A DNA stretch of 64,000 bases from a bacterium (GCA_965218795.1 OZ244653.1:3712001-3776000), one strand, 5' to 3'; positions 29,144-39,552 are shown, counted from the stretch's first letter. The notes: generated by a model from the letters alone, not told the origin. Program-made: numbers and translations.

Positions 29144-29515
29144 TTAGCGGTGATTAAACAGTGAACCGCTATGGACGATGATACCGCCGACCTTGTGCGA
29201 CATGCCGGACTTGCCGTCGAAGTTGTGGATGGTGGTGTTGCCGACCTTGTGCGACATACCGGACTTGCCGCCGAAGTTGTGGATGGTGGTGTTGCCGACC
29301 TTGTGCGACATACCGGACTTGCCGCCGAAGTTGTGGATGGTGGTGTTGCCGACCTTGTGCGACGTGCCGGACTTGCCGCCGCAATTGTAGTAGGTGGTAT
29401 GACCGAACGTCTGCGATATGCAGCCGGCGTATGCAGGACCATTCGACGACAGGGCGGCGGCGAGAAAGACAAAGATACATCCAGCTACGGTCCAGCCGTG
29501 CTTGTTCAGTGGCAT
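29144..29515 (-). CDS. Small secreted protein with 18-aa tandem repeats
   Basis: Signal peptide ending PAYA; Cys pair; about 3.7 copies of GGKSGMSHKVGNTTIHNF (54-bp DNA repeat). Confidence 0.7.
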   Translation of the reverse strand: MPLNKHGWTVAGCIFVFLAAALSSNGPAYAGCISQTFGHTTYYNCGGKSGTSHKVGNTTIHNFGGKSGMSHKVGNTTIHNFGGKSGMSHKVGNTTIHNFDGKSGMSHKVGGIIVHSGSLFNHR

Positions 29516-29646
29516 GTCTTCTCCCTCCGCTCCTCAGGTTCGATAGCTTGACTTGTATAAGCCTGATTTTTGTTCGGATCAATTATGTGTGTCAACTCCA
29601 CAGAGCCCACGGTCGCCGTCCGTGTTCCGCGAGCCGGCGCGCTGAA

Positions 29647-30450
29647 TCAACGCTGCCAGCGGAACCGGTACATGATCGCCAGGCGCACGACGCCAAGCCT
29701 GGTTTCAATGTCGTAGGGGCAAGGCCTTCGAGGGTTTCCCGGCCCGCAAGAGTTGTTGCCGGAGCGGTTCACATGATAGGTGCTCGACCCGAAATCCAGG
29801 TACGAGCCGTCGAGCCGCAGGAACCAGGCATCGGACAGCGGAACCTCGACCCCGGCCCCGATCACCCAGCCGATGTCCGTTGACGTGTCGCGGAAGGAAT
29901 CGTCGGGGTCCACCCGCGTCGGGTCGGAATCGATGTCGATGACCGAACGGGCGACCCGGGCGACCGCCAACCCGCCGCCGGCGAATACGGTCGCGCCCCC
30001 CACGGCGTGTTCGACGCCGGCGCGCGTCGTGACAATCCATCGAAACTCCGATTCCGCCGTCTCGTCCAGACCTTCGGGATCGAGCTGGTTCGTTTTCGCC
30101 GACATGTCGCCGAACGTGGCATCGATCTCGATCCGGAACGGCACGCCGCCCATCTCGAACCTCTTCCCCGCCAGTACGCCGCCGGCGAACCCGGCATCGT
30201 CGTAACTGACACCCGAACCGGGATGACCCCAGTTCGCAAAGCCGTCCACGTCGACGATCCGGTTGCTCATTCGACCGAAGCCGGCGAAGACACCGGCGTA
30301 CGTCCCCGCCCGGATGGAATCGAGAGCGGCATCGCCGCTTCCCGCGCTCGCGGGACCGCCGTTCGCGAGCATGAGAAGGGCCGTCAGCGCAAGAAGCGCC
30401 GAGCGCCATGCGGAGCCATGCCTGGCGCCAAGCCCGGATTTTTCTTTCAT
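29647..30450 (-). CDS. Outer-membrane beta-barrel protein (OmpA-like/Omp31 type)
   Basis: Signal peptide, YAGVFAG, GWVIGAGVE, YLDFG, C-terminal YRF. Confidence 0.8.
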   Translation of the reverse strand: MKEKSGLGARHGSAWRSALLALTALLMLANGGPASAGSGDAALDSIRAGTYAGVFAGFGRMSNRIVDVDGFANWGHPGSGVSYDDAGFAGGVLAGKRFEMGGVPFRIEIDATFGDMSAKTNQLDPEGLDETAESEFRWIVTTRAGVEHAVGGATVFAGGGLAVARVARSVIDIDSDPTRVDPDDSFRDTSTDIGWVIGAGVEVPLSDAWFLRLDGSYLDFGSSTYHVNRSGNNSCGPGNPRRPCPYDIETRLGVVRLAIMYRFRWQR

Positions 30451-31537
30451 GGTCGTCTTATCGCCTCACTGGTATAGGGTTGAATAGATTCAAGAGCTTG
30501 TGATTCAGCCGGTTTGCAGCAACTGGAAGATCACATGGCCTGAACGGAAATCACTTGCCCGGAATATGAATGCAAAATGGCTCGGGCCGCTTATCACTTG
30601 GTTCCGGTTGTCTCGAGATGTTGCAGGTGACGGATTTTGCGCGGACGGCAATGTCGAACAAGGTTGGCCTGGATGGCATTCGGGCAGGCTGTGTTCTCAT
30701 CGGTTTCCATCCGCCAGATTCATCCCCGGCAGCTCCCGCGGCGCATCATCATCGGCGATGTCGGAGGTCCCCGGCCCGTGGTGGCCCTGCGCGTCACGGC
30801 GACGCCCGAGATAGTGAGCCATGTTGAGTATATAGAGATCTTCCTTAATCTGTAACCGCGTAAGATGAAGCCCGCACATTGAATCTTGTCCATATGGACT
30901 TGTGACATATGGAAATGCAGATGACAATTCATCCCCTTTTCATCGCCCTTTCAGGTCCATTATAAGATCCATTGAACCCCCCCACCGCCTCACTCCCCCC
31001 TTGAGGGGGAGTCGGCAAGACAAGGACGAAGTCCGCAGCCGAGCCGGTGGGGGGCGGTCGAAGATGCACGGCCAATGCCCCCCTCATCCCAACCTTCTCC
31101 CTCCAGGGGAGAGGGAGAGGATCCCGGAAACGTTGATGCACCGCCAATGCACCACCCGTGCACGCGCCTTGCCGTTCGACGGGATGACGGAGCGCAGTTC
31201 TGGAAGCAGGCGCAACGGTTGATGCGGATAAAGAACCTCTTTCCGCCACCCGGGGCGGTCAGAAGATAGTTCGACGCTCATCGCAACAGGATGTTTCCCG
31301 CCTCGAACACTCGGGGGTAGGCTTCAGGCGGGGGTCCACATTGCCAGTCACCCCGGCAAGTTTCAGGCCGGGGTCTACTCCTCTGGATTCCCGCTTCCGC
31401 AGGAATGACGGGATTCAGCTCTCCGTTGAGATTTTGAACCAGTCAGTCACACCGGCAGGCCCCGGGCTCAAGCGCTCGGGAATGACGGGGCGCGGCCGGC
31501 GACCCGGCGTCATCGTCTCACCTTAGTTATGGAAGGC

Positions 31538-32071
31538 TCAGTGGTCCGGGTCCACGCCCAATGCGTTGGCCCTCCGGTTGGTGTAATTGAAGTAGCCGAC
31601 GATCTGGACCACGTCGTAGATGTCTTCATCCGTCAGCCCTTCCGCCCGGAGCGGCGCCAGGTCGTCCTCGGACATCTCCCGGGGATGGAGGGTCAGCTTC
31701 TCCGCGTACTCCAGGATGCGCAGGGTCCTGGCGTCGAGTTCCGCCTTGCGGTAATCCACGATGATCTGCCGTGCCAGGGCCTCGTCCCCGGTCGCTTCAC
31801 GGAGAGACTCTCCGTGATGCTGCACTCAGTACACGCATCCGTTGATGGCGGAGACCACGATGGCGATCATCTCTCTCTGCGCCTGGCTCAGGCCCGAATC
31901 GCCGAACATGACGGCCCCGTAGAGCGTGCTGAGGCCGATCATGACCGGCGGCCGCAGGCTCATGAGCTTGAAGATCCCCCGGACCCGCCCGTCCCGCTCG
32001 ACGAGCTTCTCGTAGAAATCCTTGACCTCTCCTGTCGCTTCTTCCGGCTCGATTTGACGGATGTACGCCAT
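31538..32071 (-). CDS. AhpD/CMD-family peroxidase-related selenoprotein (in-frame UGA read as Sec)
   Basis: ORFs 31826-32071 and 31538-31825 are contiguous in one frame: ...VVSAINGCVY[TGA]VQHHG... This matches the AhpD CxxC-xx-H motif with the second Cys encoded by UGA. Confidence 0.85.
31797..31817 (-). promoter_or_regulatory. Candidate bacterial SECIS hairpin
   Basis: 8 nt after the UGA: TCACGGAGA-GTC-TCTCCGTGA, a perfect 9-bp stem with a G in the apical loop. Confidence 0.7.
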
Positions 32072-32122
32072 GGCGGCCTCCTTTGCATGAGTTGAACATC
32101 GGCTTCCCGTTTCGGGAAGCGG

Positions 32123-34411
32123 TCACGGTCTTTCGCCCATGGCGGCGAGAACCCGTTCCGGCGTCATCGGAAGCCGCCGCACCCTGGCGCCCACGGCGTT
32201 GTAGACCGCGTTGGCCACGGCGCCCGCCGTGGGGTTGATGGCCGTCTCGGCCACGCCTTTGCCGCCGAAGGGACCCAGCGGGTCCATGGTTTCGACGAAG
32301 ATGGGGTCGCATTCCGGCGCGTCCATGGAGGTCGGGATCAGGTAGCCTTCGAAGTTGTTGTTCACGACGACCCCGTCTTCCTTCTTGATCTCCTCCATGA
32401 TGCCGAACCCGATCGACTGGGCCGCCCCGCCCTCGATCTGTCCTTCCGCGCCCAGCGGATTGATGGCCCGTCCAAGGTCGTGGGCGCAGGCGACGCGCTT
32501 GACCGTCACCTCGCCCGTTTCCCGGTCCACCTCCACCTCCGCGGCGTGGGCGGCGAAGGAATAGGTCGGCGCCGTGTGGCCGTAGCGGGTCACGGGGTCG
32601 AAGCTTTCGCCAGTGGAGACGTACAGGCTCTGCTCGGCGATCGGCTCCCCGCCCGTCTGCTCGATGACTTCGCCGAACGTGAGGGATCTGGCGGGCGCGC
32701 CTTTCACGGAGACCCGGCCTTCCTCCGGGACGAGTTCCGACGGTTCGACCTCCAGCGCCTGCGCGGCGCGCTTGAGAAGCGTTTCCTTGGCCGACTGGGC
32801 CGCGAGAAGGGTCGCGTGGCCGCCCATGAACGTGGCCCGGCTGGCATAGGTTCCCAGGCCGTAGGGGTGCCGGAAGGTGTCCACGTGGGGCACCTGGATG
32901 CCCCGGTAATCCACCCCCAGCTCTTCGGCGGCGATGAGGGCCATGACCGTGGCCGCGCCTTCGCCCAGCTCCGCTTCGCCGGAGAGGACGCTGACCTCGC
33001 CGTCCGCGGCGATGACGACTTCGCCCTCCGCCTCGTCCTTTCCGTTCCGGAAGTGGGAGGCGTGGGTGCTGTTGCTGGTCACGTGGATGGTGCAGGCCAG
33101 GCCGACGCCGCGCAGCTTCGTCGATCCGTCGGGCGGGCCGCCGCCGTTCCGGTTGTCACGCCAGCCGATCGACGCCGCGGCCTTCTCCACGCACTCGCGG
33201 ATCCCGCAGGTCGAGATGCGCCAGCCGTGGACCGTCGTCTCGCCGGGTTCGGTGAAGTTCCGCATGCGCAGGTCGATCGGGTCCATCCCCAGGCCTTCGG
33301 CCGCCGTGTCCAGATGAGACTCCCAGCAGAAGCTGGCCTGAAGATTGCCGAAGCCGCGGAACTGGCCGGAGGGTTCGGTGTTGGTGTAGACCAGGCGGCC
33401 GGTCACGAGCACGTTGGGGGTCTTGTAGAGGGAGTCCGTCCGGACGGCCATGGAGGAGGCGATGGCCGGGGAGAACGAGCAGTAGGCGCCGTTGTCCGCG
33501 GTCACGTCGACGATTTTCCCGAGCAGCTTTCCGTCCTGGGCGAACGCGGACCGGATGTGGAACCGGGCCGGCATCCGGGGGCGCATGGTGGAGATGTCCT
33601 CCTCCTGCGACAGGAGGATCTGCACCGGCCGCTTCGCCTCCCGCGACAGGAAGGCGGCCAGGAGGAGGAGCTTCACGTCCAGTTTTCCCCCGAAGGCTCC
33701 GCCCGACCGCGTCTGGATCACCTGGATCCTGTCTTCCGGGAGCTGGAGTCCGGGGTTCAGCATATACTCCCGCACCGTGAAGGGAGACTGCAGGGGCCCC
33801 CACACGGTGACGGCGCCGTCGGCTTTCCAGTGGCCCATCACGCCGGTGGGCTCGATGTACGCCTGGTGGACCATGTGTGTCTGGAACGTCTCTTCGAAGG
33901 TCTTGTGGGCGCTCCGGAAGGCTTCCTTCACGTCGCCCCGTTCCACCTTGAAATCCGAGGCGAAGTTCTTTTTCCCTTCCTCATGGATGGCGGCCGCCCC
34001 CTCCGCCATTGCCTCTTCCGTCGTCAGGGAGACGGGCAGGGGCTCGTAATCCACGTCGATCAGGGAGAGGGCCTCGTCGGCGACCCGCGGCGTTTCCGCC
34101 GCCACGGCCGCGACCTCGTCCCCGACGAACCGGACCTTGTCGTGGCAGAAGGCCTGTTCGTCGGGCACGAAGATTCCCCACCGGACGGGCGGGGTGTTTT
34201 CGCGGGACACGACGCCCAGGACCCCCGGCAGGCGCTCGGCCTTGGAGGCGTCGATGGTACGGATCCGGGCGTGGGGGTGAGGGCTTCGAAGAACCCTTCC
34301 GTACGCCATGCCGGGCAGCTGGATGTCGGCCAGATACTCCGCGTCTCCCGTCGCCTTGATGGGGCTGTCGATGGCCGGAAGCCGCTTGCCTATCAATCGT
34401 TCTTGACTCAC
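32123..34411 (-). CDS. Xanthine dehydrogenase/4-hydroxybenzoyl-CoA reductase alpha-like Mo subunit (no adjacent small or medium subunit)
   Basis: GGAFGGK, FRGFG, HDLGRAINP, GPFGGKGVAE. Confidence 0.92.
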   Translation of the reverse strand: MSQERLIGKRLPAIDSPIKATGDAEYLADIQLPGMAYGRVLRSPHPHARIRTIDASKAERLPGVLGVVSRENTPPVRWGIFVPDEQAFCHDKVRFVGDEVAAVAAETPRVADEALSLIDVDYEPLPVSLTTEEAMAEGAAAIHEEGKKNFASDFKVERGDVKEAFRSAHKTFEETFQTHMVHQAYIEPTGVMGHWKADGAVTVWGPLQSPFTVREYMLNPGLQLPEDRIQVIQTRSGGAFGGKLDVKLLLLAAFLSREAKRPVQILLSQEEDISTMRPRMPARFHIRSAFAQDGKLLGKIVDVTADNGAYCSFSPAIASSMAVRTDSLYKTPNVLVTGRLVYTNTEPSGQFRGFGNLQASFCWESHLDTAAEGLGMDPIDLRMRNFTEPGETTVHGWRISTCGIRECVEKAAASIGWRDNRNGGGPPDGSTKLRGVGLACTIHVTSNSTHASHFRNGKDEAEGEVVIAADGEVSVLSGEAELGEGAATVMALIAAEELGVDYRGIQVPHVDTFRHPYGLGTYASRATFMGGHATLLAAQSAKETLLKRAAQALEVEPSELVPEEGRVSVKGAPARSLTFGEVIEQTGGEPIAEQSLYVSTGESFDPVTRYGHTAPTYSFAAHAAEVEVDRETGEVTVKRVACAHDLGRAINPLGAEGQIEGGAAQSIGFGIMEEIKKEDGVVVNNNFEGYLIPTSMDAPECDPIFVETMDPLGPFGGKGVAETAINPTAGAVANAVYNAVGARVRRLPMTPERVLAAMGERP

Positions 34412-34966
34412 GGAATGGGTCTCCTTAGGGGATCGTCGTTTTACGTCCAGAGGATATTATATGAGAAAGGGCGGGAAAAGGGGGAGGGGGATTGCTTCGG
34501 GACCGGGCGTATCCCGACCGCGCGGGTCTCAAGCGGGGAGCACGCGGGAATGACAATCCGAGGGCCTGCCCTCGAACGCCGCGCCGCCCCGCGGGCGCGC
34601 CGGTGGGGGAGTTGGTCGAATATGCCCGGCCGATACCCCACTTTCCCTCCACGGGAGAGGGGGTCCCGGAAACGTCGATGCCCTGCCCATGCAACGCCCG
34701 TGCACGCCCCTTGCACGGTGTTGCTTGCCGGGACCACCCGTCCGTTGTTCTTCCCTTGCGGGAGAATCGATGGAACCGCGGTTCCATCGGGATCCCCGCC
34801 CTTCAATCACTCCCCCCTTGAGGGGGAGTCGGCAAGGCGAGGGCGAAGTCCGAAGCCGAGCCGGTGGGGGGAGGGAAAGTCGAGGATGCGCGGTCGACCG
34901 GAAGAGAGGGGGGAGCGGGCGTGGGCTTGCGGGTTTTCCCCGCGCCGCTGGTGGGAGGGCAGCCGC

Positions 34967-35173
34967 CTAATTCGCCGTGGCCCGCCCCGTGCGCGCGATG
35001 AGCTCCTTCAGAGCCGTCATCGACTCGGCGTGAGCCGCCATCGTCTCGCCGTGGCGTCTTTCGCCTTCCTGGTTCCGGCGTTCGCTCGTCACCAGCATGG
35101 TCCGCAGCCCATAGGCGATCAGCGCGCATTGAAGGATGCCGATGAGCGAAGCGATCCATTCGTACATCGTCAT
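34967..35173 (-). CDS. Small single-TM / helical protein, copy 1
   Basis: MTMYEWIASLIGILQCALIAYGL...; GGAGAG RBS; three conserved copies in the window. Confidence 0.7.
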   Translation of the reverse strand: MTMYEWIASLIGILQCALIAYGLRTMLVTSERRNQEGERRHGETMAAHAESMTALKELIARTGRATAN

Positions 35174-36076
35174 CTCATTCTCTCCTCGCCGGCGTCCATT
35201 CGCCGCCATTGACTCACTGACAATATATGACGTTTTCATGGCTCATCAACAGGCCGTTCCCTTTTTCAGGGGTGTCGGGCCGTGCACGCGTCCGTCATTC
35301 TTTCTGGATTCCCGTCTTCGCGGTAACGACAAGCAGAGGGCCCGCCCTCGAACCCCGCGCCGCCCATCACTCCCCCTTAGAGAAGGGATCGGCAAAAGCG
35401 CCGTGCACCGATGCGGCCCCTTCGGACATCTTCCCCCCCTTGAGGAGGAGGGAGCAGTTCCCGGAAACGTCGATGAACGGCGTCGAGCTGACCGCCGTCA
35501 TGGCCGGCGCGATGGGTTTCAAGGCGAACGCATCGGCGGAGATACCGGAAATGGAGGGAGATGCGCCGTTCGGGTGCAAGGCTCCCCCGGTTTGTCTTGG
35601 AGTCGAGCGGAACGGATTGCGCAAACCATGGGCTTGTCACGGGAATGTGGTAGAGTGCATCCGGGCGAAAGCGGATAGCGCTTGTCCCGGCGAAGCCGTC
35701 CAGGTCGTTGATTTCACCTGCCGTCGCGGCTTCAATCCGACCGGCGGATTGGAGGCCGTGCGGCGGCGCGCCGGCGCGCGATGCAGCGGCCAGGGACTGT
35801 CAGGCTGCGATCACGTTCACCGAACCCGGCGCACCGGATCAATCCAGGCTGACGATCGCCGTTCCAAAGGGCATGCTCACCGACCTCTGCTCGGTTCCGC
35901 GCCCCGTATGGCGGATTGTCAATCGTGTCGGTCCGCGTCTCGAAGCGATCATGTTCCACGACCGGTTGTACGTCGCCCGGCGGGTGGAAAAGATCGGGCC
36001 GACCGGTCTTCGGTTTTCCGCGCATGCGTCGACGTGCTGCACGCGGCGGAAGGGAAGCGCGAAGGGGTAGGTAGTC

Positions 36077-37732
36077 TTGGAAACTCCCATTCGGCCTGGG
36101 ACTCCCGCGGGAGGCGCCTTTTCCGCGCGCGGGATCGGCGAGCTCCAACGAAATCTGGTCCGCCGCGGCAAGAGGAACCAGAAAATGGCGGGGTTCTACC
36201 TCGTCCTCGTTTTCGTCGTGTTGGCTGTCGGTCTCTGGGGTATCGTCGAGGCGCCCGGCTACATCAAGAGCGAGCGCGAGAGACTGCAATCCAGGACGCA
36301 GAGCCTCGTCATTGGTTCCAACATAAAGAGAATCGAGGAGATCAACCGGGGATTAGGGGAGATCAACCGGGAATTTGAGGAAGCCAACCGGGTATTGGAA
36401 GAATTGGACAGGTCCCGGATGCTCGGCGGCGCGGCTCTCGCCGCCGACGGTCGCCGGGGCATCGCGGTGGGAGCCGGCGGCGCCGTGTTCACCACCGCGG
36501 GCGGCGCGGCCCGATGGACCCGGAGTACGAGCAATACGACATCTTTCCTTTACGGCGCGGCTCTCGCCGCCGACGGTCGTCGGGGCATCGCGGCGGGAGC
36601 CGGCGGCGCCGTGCTCACGACCGCGGACGGCGGCGTCCGCTGGACCCCGAGGAAGAGCGGTACAGGTCTTCGCCTTGTCGGCGTGGCCCTCGCTGCTGAC
36701 GGCCGTCGGGGCATCGCGGTGGGAGATCGCGGCACCGTGCTCACCACCGGAGACGGCGGCGCAAGCTGGATCCCGAGGAAGAGCTATATGACGTCTTTCC
36801 TGTTCGGCGTGGCCCTCGCCGCCGACGGTCATCGGGGCGTCGCGGTGGGAGATCGCGGCACCGTGCTCACCACCGGAGACGGCGGCGCAAGCTGGATCCC
36901 GAGGACGCGCAAGACAGGTCTTCGCCTTGTCGGCGTGGCCCTCGCCGCCGACGGTCGTCGGGGCATCGCGGTGGGCGATCGCGGCGCCGTGCTCACCACC
37001 GGAAACAGCGGCTCCACCTGGACCCGGAGGAAGAGCAGGACGACATCTTTCCTTTACGGCGTGGCCCTCGCCGCCGACGGTCGTCACGGCGTCGCGGTGG
37101 GAGCCGGCGGCGCCGTGCTCACCACCGGAGACGGCGGCAAGAGCTGGACCCCGAGGACGAGCAATACGGGTCTTCGCCTTTACGGCGTGGCCCTCGCCGC
37201 CGACGGTCGTCGGGGCATCGCGGTGGGCGATCGCGGCACCGTGCTCACCACCGCGGACGGCGGCGTCAGCTGGATGTACGTCCGGAAAGCGGTTGCAGCG
37301 AAACGCAAGCTCGTCCTCGCCGAAAAAAGTTTCTTCCTCAACGAGAGAGAACGGCTCGTCCGGGAAAACCGCGAGCTGGAAACCGGCCGTGCGACACGGC
37401 CGTCCGACAAGGGGAAGGACACGGGCATGGATGACGGGTCGGAAAAAGACCGATGGGATGATCTGATGACGACAGCCTCCTGGCGTTTGTCTGTTCTGGG
37501 CCTGGCCCTGTTCATCATCTGGATACTGGCCCGTCTCAACCGCTACAACAGGCGCCTTGCAGCGTTCTACTTTGCGCGCGCCGATCTGCTCCTGATGCTG
37601 CGCGCCGAGCCCGATTCGGTTCCGCTTGACGTCGTGGAACGCCTGATGTCGATGCTTGCTCCGGACCACTTGGACTTCGGCAGGAGGCCCAAGGCCGTCG
37701 CTCGACACGCTATGGGGTCGGCGCGGAAATGA
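36077..37732 (+). CDS. Membrane-anchored Ycf48/BNR-repeat beta-propeller protein
   Basis: TM helix, coiled coil, 7 x 42-aa repeats (GVALAADGRRGIAVG..G.VLTT.DGG.SW), second TM helix. Confidence 0.85.
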   Translation: METPIRPGTPAGGAFSARGIGELQRNLVRRGKRNQKMAGFYLVLVFVVLAVGLWGIVEAPGYIKSERERLQSRTQSLVIGSNIKRIEEINRGLGEINREFEEANRVLEELDRSRMLGGAALAADGRRGIAVGAGGAVFTTAGGAARWTRSTSNTTSFLYGAALAADGRRGIAAGAGGAVLTTADGGVRWTPRKSGTGLRLVGVALAADGRRGIAVGDRGTVLTTGDGGASWIPRKSYMTSFLFGVALAADGHRGVAVGDRGTVLTTGDGGASWIPRTRKTGLRLVGVALAADGRRGIAVGDRGAVLTTGNSGSTWTRRKSRTTSFLYGVALAADGRHGVAVGAGGAVLTTGDGGKSWTPRTSNTGLRLYGVALAADGRRGIAVGDRGTVLTTADGGVSWMYVRKAVAAKRKLVLAEKSFFLNERERLVRENRELETGRATRPSDKGKDTGMDDGSEKDRWDDLMTTASWRLSVLGLALFIIWILARLNRYNRRLAAFYFARADLLLMLRAEPDSVPLDVVERLMSMLAPDHLDFGRRPKAVARHAMGSARK

Positions 37733-38054
37733 TCGGTCGGCCGCGGTCCTCGAAACCGCGGCGCCTGACGGCATCGGCAGATCCGGCGGCGCCGGCCGGC
37801 CGTTTCTCTCGCCCGCGCCCGAGCCCCGGAATCGTTCCTCCCCGTTGAGAAGGGATAAGCGAAAGCCCCGTCCATTGATGCGGCCCCTTCCATCACTCCC
37901 CCCTGCCTGTTAGCGCACCGTCGGATTGGACTTTGACAAGCCGCTCACCAGCCCTGCGAAAGGAATCCCTTGGACCGTCAAAGACGGCTTCTTATCCCCG
38001 CTTATCGGATTTCCTTGGGCTTTCGGTAGAATTTGTCCGTGGGTTGGCGATTGA

Positions 38055-38345
38055 CTAGATGGCGCCTTGCTCTTCGAGCTGCCGTTCGTACTGGTCGCGG
38101 GAAAGCGGGCATTTCACGAGATCCTCGAATTCCTGTTTTGCGAGCTTGCACTGTCTCGCCATTGTGCTGACTAGCGCGGAACCGATATCCCTGTGCTTGG
38201 CGCCGTGAGATGTCTTTGTGAATACTTTCGTTTTCTTCCCTTCTTCTTCTGTGAAGTAGATAAAGAAGTTGTGGTTTCCTTTCTCTTTCCGTCGAAACCC
38301 TTTCTTCTCAAGCGCGGCTTCGACGTCACGCCGCTTAAGCGCCAT
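38055..38345 (-). CDS. HicA-like (dsRBD-fold) toxin
   Basis: MALKRRDVEAALEKKGF..KGNHNFF...TSHG...DIG.ALVSTMARQCKL. Confidence 0.65.
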   Translation of the reverse strand: MALKRRDVEAALEKKGFRRKEKGNHNFFIYFTEEEGKKTKVFTKTSHGAKHRDIGSALVSTMARQCKLAKQEFEDLVKCPLSRDQYERQLEEQGAI

Positions 38346-39417
38346 CGCACACGTCTCGAATTCGCTCCCGAAGTTCGTCTCGCATCTGCTGCGCCTGAGG
38401 CGACAAGCGCTGCGGTTGCCCCTGACCGTACTCGGTCCACAGCATCGCCAATGTCTCGTCGAGCGCGTCTTCGAGTTCAGGGCGGGCCTCGGCGGACAGG
38501 GTAACGTCGAAGTCACCCTCAAGGTTGTAGAGATGATCCTCCCGATTGAAGGAGACCTCGAAGCGTAGCGGCGGATCCGCCCGGTAGCGAGTGTTGGAGA
38601 CAGTCAGTTCACGGATTTCGATCGGGCTCTCGTCGACTGCGATGATCTCGTCCACCTCGGCGAGTGAAGTTGGTATTCCTTGATCATCATAGGTCACATC
38701 GCCGTGCACCTGGATCAAATCGCGCGGATGATCGAGCAAAACCGGCTCGAAGTCGTCACCGTAGGTCGCGTCGAGTCCGCGGCCGTTCAGCAGCTTGAGT
38801 TGCAACCGCCGCTCTTCGAAGTGCATGCGGACCAGGGTGCCGGTCACGTAAGCCAGCGTATTGTCACCATTCGCACCGACTAGACTCCTATCGAGTTCAG
38901 TGAAAGAGTGCTCAATCTTGGATCCGTCGAGGAGTTTCCTGTGCTCGCTGTCCTCGATCGAAAACACCAACCCGAATCGTTTCGGCGGCTGGGCCGCCTT
39001 GAACGATTCGAGCAGTGATTTCCGGTAAGCGCCGTCTGGCACCACACGGCGCAGCCGGTCTAGACTTCCTTGGGCTATCGCTTGGGTGACCTCATGAAAC
39101 GCGCGGCTCACCTTCTTGATTTCACCATCGTCGAATAGATCATTCTCCGACGCGGAAAGATCGCCAATCTCGGCCGCCAAGGCATAGCTGCCTTCCTCCG
39201 GCACCTTACACACCAGAGCAAAACGCTTTTCGAGGTCGTGCGAGGGCCGTGCTCGTTGTCTGAACTCGTCGCCCCGATGAAACTTGGCCAACAGGTAGAT
39301 AATCTGTTGCACCTGCCGAAGGGACTCCACGAGCACACGCGCCGGCACCATGTGAGCAGGGCTGCCGACACTTTCGAAATGTAGGCGAATCTTACGCTGG
39401 TTGTCGGGATCGGACAT
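38335..39417 (-). CDS. Hypothetical protein with a possible C-terminal HicB-like domain
   Basis: Long ORF overlapping the HicA-like start; C-terminus LSAEARPELEDALDETLAMLWTEY. Confidence 0.6.
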   Translation of the reverse strand: MSDPDNQRKIRLHFESVGSPAHMVPARVLVESLRQVQQIIYLLAKFHRGDEFRQRARPSHDLEKRFALVCKVPEEGSYALAAEIGDLSASENDLFDDGEIKKVSRAFHEVTQAIAQGSLDRLRRVVPDGAYRKSLLESFKAAQPPKRFGLVFSIEDSEHRKLLDGSKIEHSFTELDRSLVGANGDNTLAYVTGTLVRMHFEERRLQLKLLNGRGLDATYGDDFEPVLLDHPRDLIQVHGDVTYDDQGIPTSLAEVDEIIAVDESPIEIRELTVSNTRYRADPPLRFEVSFNREDHLYNLEGDFDVTLSAEARPELEDALDETLAMLWTEYGQGQPQRLSPQAQQMRDELRERIRDVCDGA

Positions 39418-39552
39418 GGTTCGACCCATTCTTGGGTTGCCCTACCTCACCGTCCGGGTGCGCTGGTTGAGCCCGAACCCCGCGCCGCGGGTCCGTTTCA
39501 ATGGCGAGACGACAGGCAGAGAGAAGGGAAGAAATACTTCCCCCGGCAGGCC

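Noticed and set aside
29185-29385. CRISPR-like periodic repeat
   Set aside because: The 54-bp units are contiguous with no unique spacers and keep a reading frame; this is a coding repeat.
32480-35212. 910-aa plus-strand ORF (and similar long antisense ORFs at 1422, 2952, 6807, 8936, 55250)
   Set aside because: Shadow ORFs opposite well-supported genes in GC-rich DNA; no recognisable motifs.
36428-37275. CRISPR array or DGR template/variable repeats
   Set aside because: In-frame 126-bp protein repeats; no cas or reverse transcriptase gene, and the differences are not adenine-specific.
37910-37960. Possible IS terminal repeat (TAGCGCACCGTCGGATTGGACTTTGACA)
   Set aside because: No partner inverted repeat or transposase found nearby.
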